From Acidimicrobiia bacterium (lineage in GTDB: Bacteria; Actinomycetota; Acidimicrobiia; Acidimicrobiales; Bin134), in NCBI GenBank assembly GCA_022825005.1, contig JAJDYU010000046.1, positions 18,140 to 82,139 of the forward strand: 64,000 nucleotides of DNA, in the 5' to 3' direction. The notes under the pieces are model-generated. The model was not told where the DNA came from. It was given only the letters and a program-made list of their open reading frames with translations, and did no database searches. Positions 55,202 through 64,000 of the stretch are shown piece by piece. Position numbers and translations under genes: made by a program. The first letter of the stretch is position 1; every line of letters starts with the position of its first letter.

Positions 55202-57235
55202 ATGGTGGAGGTGGGCGCTGGCGGCACCCACCAGGCCCGCTACGAGCGCGAGATCATCTGGGATTCCATCAGCAACCGCCTCAGCGCCCTGGACATCGGC
55301 GACTCTTCGCTGGTGTTCGGACGCCTCGACTGGGCCGACGAGCAGGGTGGTGACCAGCTCTATGTGGGGCGGGTGGCGGTTTGGGATGACGAACAGGAAC
55401 CAGTGACCATCGATTGGCGGGCTCCTGCGGCCGAGGCCTTTTACCGGGCCACCGGCGGCGAGCCCATGGGCCTTTCCCGTAGACGCCACTTCGTAACCCG
55501 AGGCCGGGAGCTGTTGGGGGTGGAAGACGAGTACTTCGGCGAGAGCAACGGCCGCGGCCGCCTGCCCCTAGTGGGGGAGGCCACTCTGAGAGCCACACTG
55601 GAGGCCGGGCGCACCGGTCGCCTCGCCGACGCCGCCGCCACGATCCAAGCCGAGCAGGACGCCATCATCCGCTCCCCGCTGCCGGGCGTGCTGGTAGTAC
55701 AGGGCGGACCCGGCACCGGCAAGACGGTGGCCGCCCTCCACCGAGCCGCCTACCTTCTTTACACCCACCGTTTCCCCCTCGAAGGCCAGGGGATGCTGGT
55801 GCTCGGACCCAACCGCTTGTTCCTCACCTATATCGAGCAGGTGCTGCCATCGCTGGGCGAGGCCGGGGTGGAGGTGTCGATGCTGGCCGACCTGCTGCCC
55901 GGCACTCGCGTGAAGGGGCTTGACGACTCCCGAGTGTCTCGAATCAAGGGTGATTTGCGCATGATTTCTTTCCTGCGCCGAGCCCGCCGGGACCGCCAGC
56001 GCCCGCTGCGCTCCGACGTGTCGGTGGGTTTTGGCCTGCGCCGGCTCCGACTGTCGGTTGAGCAGAGTGAAGAGATCGTGCGCCAAGCTCGCAAGCGATT
56101 CCGCACCCACAATCGAGCCCGCCGTTACGTAGAAGAGCAGATGTACCAGTATCTGGCCGACAGCGGGTCGCGCACCGACAGCCCGGGCCCCGATGTCGAA
56201 ACGGTGCGCGAGAGGCTTCACGGCAGCATCGAGCTGCGGGAGGCCCTGGAGTGGATGTGGCCGGTGTTGACCCCCACTCACTTCCTCCACGACTTGTTCG
56301 GTTCTCCGGCCCTGCTTCGCTCGGCGGCCGGATCCCAGATCACCTCCAAGGAGACCGATCTGCTCTACCGTCCCCGGGCCGACCACGCCTCCGATGTGGT
56401 GTGGACGGCCGACGACGCCCCCCTTCTCGATGAGGCTCTGGCCCTGCTGGGGCCCCGTCCCGGCCACAAGCTGTCCGACTCGATTCGCACCTACGGCCAC
56501 ATCGTGGTGGACGAGGCCCAAGATCTATCGCCCATGCAACTTCGGATGATCAGCCGCCGCTCGCTCAACGGTTCGATGACAGTGGTGGGTGACATCGCCC
56601 AGGCCACCTCGGCGTGGGGGCACGACTCCTGGGACAGCGTGGTCGAGCATCTTCCCGGTGACGAAGACCCCCGCTTCTCGGAGCTGTCCATCGGCTATCG
56701 CCTGCCCGAGCCGATCATGGAGGTGGCGTCTCGGGTGCTCGACGCGGCCATGCCCGGATTGGTTCCGCCCCAGTCGATCCGCACCGAGGGCCAGCTTCCC
56801 CGCTTCGTGCCAGTCCTCGGCCACTCAGTGGTGGCCACGGGAAACGGGCAGGGTCGCGAATCCGGTCACAACAGCCTGTTTTCCGTTGTGGCCCAAGAGG
56901 TGAAGACCGAGTTGGGCGCGCTGGCCAACGGCAATCTGGCGGTGATTTGCCACAACCCAGTGGTGGAGGCCCTATCTGAGGCGCTGGCCGACGCTGAGGT
57001 TGACCATGGGCTGGTGTACGAGCGGGGTTTGGAGTCGCAGGTGACGATCGTCCCGGTGGAGTTGGTCAAGGGCCTAGAGGTGGACACCGCGGTAGTCGTG
57101 GAGCCGGCCGACATCTGCGAGAAGCTCCCCAAGGGGATGCGGGCCCTGTATGTAGCCATGACCCGGGCCACCCAGCGCCTGGTGGTGGTACACGAGCGTC
57201 CGCTGCCCGAGCCGCTGATGCCCAAGGAAAAGTGA
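55202..57235 (+). CDS. helD: HelD-type UvrD-like helicase (RNA polymerase recycling ATPase family)
   Basis: GGPGTGKTVAALHRAAYLLY (Walker A), HIVVDEAQDLSPMQ (Walker B), MTVVGDIAQ, LYVAMTRATQRL. Homology-like sequence continues upstream of the first ATG (see findings). Confidence 0.85.
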   Translation: MVEVGAGGTHQARYEREIIWDSISNRLSALDIGDSSLVFGRLDWADEQGGDQLYVGRVAVWDDEQEPVTIDWRAPAAEAFYRATGGEPMGLSRRRHFVTRGRELLGVEDEYFGESNGRGRLPLVGEATLRATLEAGRTGRLADAAATIQAEQDAIIRSPLPGVLVVQGGPGTGKTVAALHRAAYLLYTHRFPLEGQGMLVLGPNRLFLTYIEQVLPSLGEAGVEVSMLADLLPGTRVKGLDDSRVSRIKGDLRMISFLRRARRDRQRPLRSDVSVGFGLRRLRLSVEQSEEIVRQARKRFRTHNRARRYVEEQMYQYLADSGSRTDSPGPDVETVRERLHGSIELREALEWMWPVLTPTHFLHDLFGSPALLRSAAGSQITSKETDLLYRPRADHASDVVWTADDAPLLDEALALLGPRPGHKLSDSIRTYGHIVVDEAQDLSPMQLRMISRRSLNGSMTVVGDIAQATSAWGHDSWDSVVEHLPGDEDPRFSELSIGYRLPEPIMEVASRVLDAAMPGLVPPQSIRTEGQLPRFVPVLGHSVVATGNGQGRESGHNSLFSVVAQEVKTELGALANGNLAVICHNPVVEALSEALADAEVDHGLVYERGLESQVTIVPVELVKGLEVDTAVVVEPADICEKLPKGMRALYVAMTRATQRLVVVHERPLPEPLMPKEK

Positions 57236-57239
57236 GCTG

Positions 57240-57638
57240 ATGGCCCACGACCCTTACAGCCTTACCGACGAGATGAACGGCTTTCTCCGGGATCGCCATC
57301 TGGCGTCGCTCACTGTCCTTCGCCCCGACGGCACCCCCCATGTGACCCCGGTGGGGTTCACCTGGGATCCCGACACCGCCACTGCCCGCATCATCACCTG
57401 GGCCGGGGCCAAGAAGGTGCGCATGTTGGAGGCGGCCGGGGGCGGTCGGGCTGCCTTGTGCCAGGTTGACGGCGGTCGATGGGTCACCCTGGAGGGACAC
57501 GCCACCGTTACCGCCGATCCCGATGAGTGCGCTGATGCGGTGGCCCGCTACGGCGAGCGCTACAGCCCGGCCAAAGACCGGGGAGCCGACCGCCGGGCCA
57601 TCATCATTGCGGTGGATTCAGTGCTGGGTCGGGCCTGA
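57240..57638 (+). CDS. PPOX-class (F420-dependent-type) pyridoxamine 5'-phosphate oxidase family protein
   Basis: 132 aa. HLASLTVLRPDGTPHVTPVGFTWD...VTLEGHATV. Typical split-barrel family layout. Confidence 0.72.
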   Translation: MAHDPYSLTDEMNGFLRDRHLASLTVLRPDGTPHVTPVGFTWDPDTATARIITWAGAKKVRMLEAAGGGRAALCQVDGGRWVTLEGHATVTADPDECADAVARYGERYSPAKDRGADRRAIIIAVDSVLGRA

Positions 57639-58306
57639 TGGCCCCCAAGGGCATCGGCCTCAGCGCCAATGTGCATGAATACCTGGTGGCCCACGGCGCA
57701 GGTATCGACCCCATCGCCCAAGAGCTGATCGACGTCACCGCCGAGCTGGGCCGCATCTCCGGGATGCAGGTCGCCCCTGAGCAGGGTGCGTTCATGACCA
57801 TGCTCACCCGCCTGCTCGACGTACGGTTCGCGGTGGAGGTGGGGACCTTCACCGGCTACTCGGCCTTGTCCATCGCCCGGGGACTGGCCCCCGGTGGGCG
57901 GCTGCTGTGCTGCGACGTTAGCGACGAGTGGGTGAGCCTCGGCCGCCCATTCTGGGAGCGGGCCGGGGTGGCCGACAGCATCGAGGTGGTTATCGCCCCC
58001 GCAGCCGAAACCCTGGCCGCCCTGCCCGATGATCCGCCCATCGATCTGGCCTTCATCGACGCCGACAAGCGGTCGTACAAGACCTACTACGAGGAGATCG
58101 TGCCCCGCCTCAGCCCCAAGGGCATCATCTTGGTGGACAACGTGCTGTGGGCGGGCCGGGTGGCCGATCCCGATGCCGACATCGAAGAGAACCCCGATAC
58201 CGCCAACATTCGAGAGTTCAACGCCTCCGTGGTCGCCGACCCCCGCACCACCCAAGTGATGCTCCCCATTTCCGACGGGCTGACGCTCATAACTCTGGCT
58301 TCATAA
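57638..58306 (+). CDS. class I SAM-dependent O-methyltransferase (caffeoyl-CoA OMT-like, Methyltransf_3)
   Basis: AVEVGTFTGYSALSIA, FIDADKRSYKTYYE, LVDNVLWAGRV. Confidence 0.85.
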   Translation: MAPKGIGLSANVHEYLVAHGAGIDPIAQELIDVTAELGRISGMQVAPEQGAFMTMLTRLLDVRFAVEVGTFTGYSALSIARGLAPGGRLLCCDVSDEWVSLGRPFWERAGVADSIEVVIAPAAETLAALPDDPPIDLAFIDADKRSYKTYYEEIVPRLSPKGIILVDNVLWAGRVADPDADIEENPDTANIREFNASVVADPRTTQVMLPISDGLTLITLAS

Positions 58307-59066
58307 GGTGCGCCACCGGGCCACGGCCCGCGCCCAAGTCCCAATCAGCCGAGCGTTCGATGCGTCTGCGGACGAAGCTTTTGGCTGCTTTGATCGCATC
58401 CAAGGGCATCAAACCCGCGGCCAAGGCCGCGGCCACCGCGGCCGAGAAAGTGCAGCCTGTGCCATGGTCGTTGTCAGTATCGATCACATCGGCAGACAGC
58501 TCGACCCAACCGCCGTCGTGGAACACGAAGTCGATAGCGGTGGATTCTCCTGTCATCACAAATGAGCCTGGGCACGATGCAGCAAGATCGGATGGTTCCT
58601 CAAAGCTGCCCACCTCGCGGAACACCAATGCCTCTCGGGCATTGGGAGTGGCCACTGTTGCGTGCCCCAGTAGCTCCAAATAAGCAAACTCAGCCTCAGC
58701 CTCAAGCAGCCGGTCTCCGGTGGACGACACCATCACCGGATCGACCACCAGGTTGGGGAGCCGCCCCGCCGCAGCGTAGTCGCCTACCAAGGCGACGATG
58801 TCCCGGTTGGCCAGCATCCCGGTCTTCACTGCGGCAATTGGCAGGTCATCCAGCACTGAGTCGATCTGGCGGGCCACAAATTCGGCCGGCACGGGATGAA
58901 CTCCCTGCACGCCCACCGTGTTTTGGGCGGTCACCGCGGTGATAACCGCGGTTCCGTGAACTCCGAGGGCGGCGAAGGTGGCCAAATCGGCGGCAATCCC
59001 CGCGCCACCAGAAGAGTCCGACCCAGCAATGCTCAGCGCCACGGGTGGGTTCATCACGAGTGCCAC
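58287..59066 (-). CDS. thiD: hydroxymethylpyrimidine/phosphomethylpyrimidine kinase
   Basis: ALSIAGSDSSGGAGIAADL, AAVKTGML, DPVMVS, HGTGCTFSAAVAAAL. GTG 59066, or ATG 59054 (TGATG with the upstream stop). Confidence 0.9.
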   Translation of the reverse strand: MALVMNPPVALSIAGSDSSGGAGIAADLATFAALGVHGTAVITAVTAQNTVGVQGVHPVPAEFVARQIDSVLDDLPIAAVKTGMLANRDIVALVGDYAAAGRLPNLVVDPVMVSSTGDRLLEAEAEFAYLELLGHATVATPNAREALVFREVGSFEEPSDLAASCPGSFVMTGESTAIDFVFHDGGWVELSADVIDTDNDHGTGCTFSAAVAAALAAGLMPLDAIKAAKSFVRRRIERSADWDLGAGRGPVAHLMKPEL

Positions 59067-59612
59067 TCAGCCAGCAGAGCAGCGATGGTCTCTTGGGGAT
59101 TGGGGCTGCGGGCCACTGCCCCCTGCACTGCCACCCCGGCCGCCCCGGCATCCCGGCAAGCAGCCACCCGGCCCAGGTCTATCCCCCCCAAGGCGTACAC
59201 CGGAACATGGGCCTGTCGGACTATTCGTCCCAGACCACCAAGTCCCAACGGCGGCCCGTAGCCCGGCTTCGACTCCGTCTCGAACACAGGGGAGAGGGTC
59301 ACGTAGTCCACCCCCTCGATCTCGGCCTGGCGCACCTCGTCGAGTCCGTGGCACGACCTCCCTACCAGCCCCGTATACACCTTGGGATAGCGGTCGAACC
59401 CGGCCAGATGAACCCCGTCGGCCACTGGGTCGATCATCGACGCCAGGATCAAGCATTTGGTTTGCTCTCTCATCAACCTGGCCAGCTCACGCCTGATCTG
59501 CGGCGGGTGGTCTTTGCCCCGAAAGATCACCGCGGGGGCCTTCACCACCACGTCGGTGAGAACGAGCACCTCAGAGGCCAGTGCCCGCTTCGGGCTAAAC
59601 GGCCGGCGGTGG

Positions 59613-59626
<14 letters not shown>
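59054..59626 (-). CDS. second thiamine-phosphate-synthase-family protein (ThiE/TenI-like paralog)
   Basis: VLVLTD...AVIFRGKD...ADGVHLAG...GRSCHG...GVDYVTLSPVFETESKPG...VYALGGI...GAAGVAV. In-frame candidate starts are GTG 59569, 59626 or 59692. Confidence 0.65.
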
Positions 59627-60455
<829 letters not shown>

Positions 60456-60487
60456 CTACCGTCTGAGGGTTTGCCCGGGTTGCCCAC

Positions 60488-60676
60488 TTATCCCCCCTTG
60501 GCCGCTTCGAGGATTTCGATTCGGTCGCCCTCAGCCAGGTGAGCCTCACCCCACCGGCTGCGGGGGACGATCTCGCGGTTGACCGCCACCGCCACCCCTC
60601 GCTGGTTGGGCGCCAGCGTTCCAACCGTGCAATCGGCCGGTACGTCGCGGGTCTCGCCGTTGACGATCACGATCAT
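60488..60676 (-). CDS. thiS: sulfur-carrier protein ThiS
   Basis: 62 aa. MIVIVNGETRDV...AVNREIVPRSRW...GDRIEILEAAKGG. C-terminal GG. ATGA overlap with the thiO stop. Confidence 0.88.
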   Translation of the reverse strand: MIVIVNGETRDVPADCTVGTLAPNQRGVAVAVNREIVPRSRWGEAHLAEGDRIEILEAAKGG

Positions 60677-61809
60677 GCTGGCACCTCGCTGAGGTGCTCG
60701 GGGTCGGGGGTGTGGTCCCCTGGTTTGGCGTCGAACCGGTTCGGACTGAATGGCGCCAGGTCTACCGGCGGCTCGTGTCCTTGCACCACCGCAGCTACCG
60801 CAGCCGCGGTGACGGGCGCGGTGAGTATGCCGTTGCGGTAGTGGCCGGTGGCGTACACGATGCCGTCTTCCCCGGTGCCGATGATGGGGGCGTTGTCGGG
60901 GGCGCCGGGGCGCAGGCCAGCCCACGTCTCCACCAGGTCGATCTCGCTGAGCCCCGGCAGCAGGGCCAGCACGTCGCGGAGCAGCTCGTATACGCCACCC
61001 GCGGTAACCCGGGTGTCAAAGCCCTGCTCCTCTTGGGTGGCGCCCACCACTATTTCGCCGTCGCTGCGGGGCACCGCGTACACGCTCGATCCCCGCACCA
61101 CCCCCCGCACCGGCAGCCGCAACAACCCTTCGGGGCCGCTCAGGCGCAGGATCTGCCCTTTGATGGGGCGGATGGGCACTCCCAGCAGTCGGCCGGTCCA
61201 CGCCCCGGCGGCCACAACCACCTGCTGGCAGGTCATCACCCGGCCGTCGTCAGCCACCACCCGGTTCCGGCTCACCTCGGTGGCCGAGGCCGCAATGGCG
61301 GGCACCCGGCTCAACAGCTCGGCCACCACCCGACGGGGGTTCACCTGATGGTCGAGCGGGGAGTACACCCCGCCCCGCACGCCAGGAGCAAGCAGCGGCT
61401 CCCGGGCCCGGCATTCCCGGCTGCGCAACCGTTCCACCGGCAGGCCCTCCTGCTCGTGCAGGTCGCCCAAGTTGTCGAGCAGCGCCTTGTCGTCGGCGTC
61501 ATAGGCAGCCATCAGCATCCCGTGGCGGCGATAGTCAACCGCGTCAACCCCGATCTTGTCGGCGAACGCCGGCCACGCCTGGCTGGCAGCCAGATTCAGC
61601 CGAAGGATATGGCTCTCGCCCCAGTAGGCCTCGTGGATGGGCGCCAGCATCCCCGCCGCCGCGTGACTGGCCCCGGTGCCCGGCGCAGGGTCGAGCACCA
61701 CTGCCTCAGTGCCTTCCTGAAGGAGCTGCCATGCGGTCGACAAGCCGATGATGCCGCCCCCCACGATGATGACGTCGGGGTTTGGAGACACGTCGGGCCT
61801 GGCGGGCAC
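60673..61809 (-). CDS. thiO: glycine oxidase
   Basis: DVIIVGGGIIGLSTAW (FAD fold), DAO family throughout, operon context. ORF open to 61869, but that would overlap thiE. GTG 61809 or 61791 are likelier starts. Confidence 0.85.
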   Translation of the reverse strand: MPARPDVSPNPDVIIVGGGIIGLSTAWQLLQEGTEAVVLDPAPGTGASHAAAGMLAPIHEAYWGESHILRLNLAASQAWPAFADKIGVDAVDYRRHGMLMAAYDADDKALLDNLGDLHEQEGLPVERLRSRECRAREPLLAPGVRGGVYSPLDHQVNPRRVVAELLSRVPAIAASATEVSRNRVVADDGRVMTCQQVVVAAGAWTGRLLGVPIRPIKGQILRLSGPEGLLRLPVRGVVRGSSVYAVPRSDGEIVVGATQEEQGFDTRVTAGGVYELLRDVLALLPGLSEIDLVETWAGLRPGAPDNAPIIGTGEDGIVYATGHYRNGILTAPVTAAAVAAVVQGHEPPVDLAPFSPNRFDAKPGDHTPDPEHLSEVPA

Positions 61810-61828
61810 ATCGGGACTCGAAGGCCCG

Positions 61829-64000
<2,172 letters not shown>

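Overview
High-GC (roughly two-thirds G+C by eye) actinobacterial-type chromosomal segment. It is almost fully coding, and I saw no rRNA, CRISPR array, transposase or integrase. Layout: (1-10.2 kb) housekeeping genes whose order, as far as I recall, matches mycobacteria: orn, dut, nadX, amt, tRNA-Lys, mshA-ybjN, proC plus an excisionase-like HTH. (10.3-15.8 kb) tetrapyrrole operon: sirC-like, hemA, hemC, cobA-hemD, hemL. (15.9-39.4 kb) a respiratory super-locus. It holds a MenJ-like geranylgeranyl reductase, a monohaem cytochrome c, and a seven-gene operon with a split cytochrome b6/subunit IV, a Rieske protein and a dihaem cytochrome c. That operon also encodes a 2x[4Fe-4S] ferredoxin-like protein and two unassigned membrane proteins, and is followed directly by nuoA-N. 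(39.4-50.3 kb) the most accessory-looking part: Cache-like lipoprotein, ThDP enzyme, PQQ sugar dehydrogenase, tesB, GtrA plus methyltransferase, vapBC, sodC, an orphan vsr, and a GT4/methyltransferase/alpha-alpha-toroid trio. (50.3-64 kb) dtd, lnt, hemY, hemE, helD, F420-type PPOX, an O-methyltransferase, and a thiC-thiE-thiO-thiS-thiG-(thiE-like)-thiD operon that runs off the right edge. Three signals stand out. (a) The non-canonical bc-type operon and a VPEHLL-type N-terminal motif shared by two of its cytochrome-associated proteins. (b) Short direct duplications of translation-start regions at three loci (mshA, hemC/cobA, nuoG/nuoH). Each creates a 12-22 codon mini-ORF whose TGA overlaps the real ATG (ATGA). 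A related in-frame duplication sits at the thiG junction. (c) The vsr gene lying behind a sugar-modifying gene trio. All product calls rest on motif recognition by eye. No database search was run.
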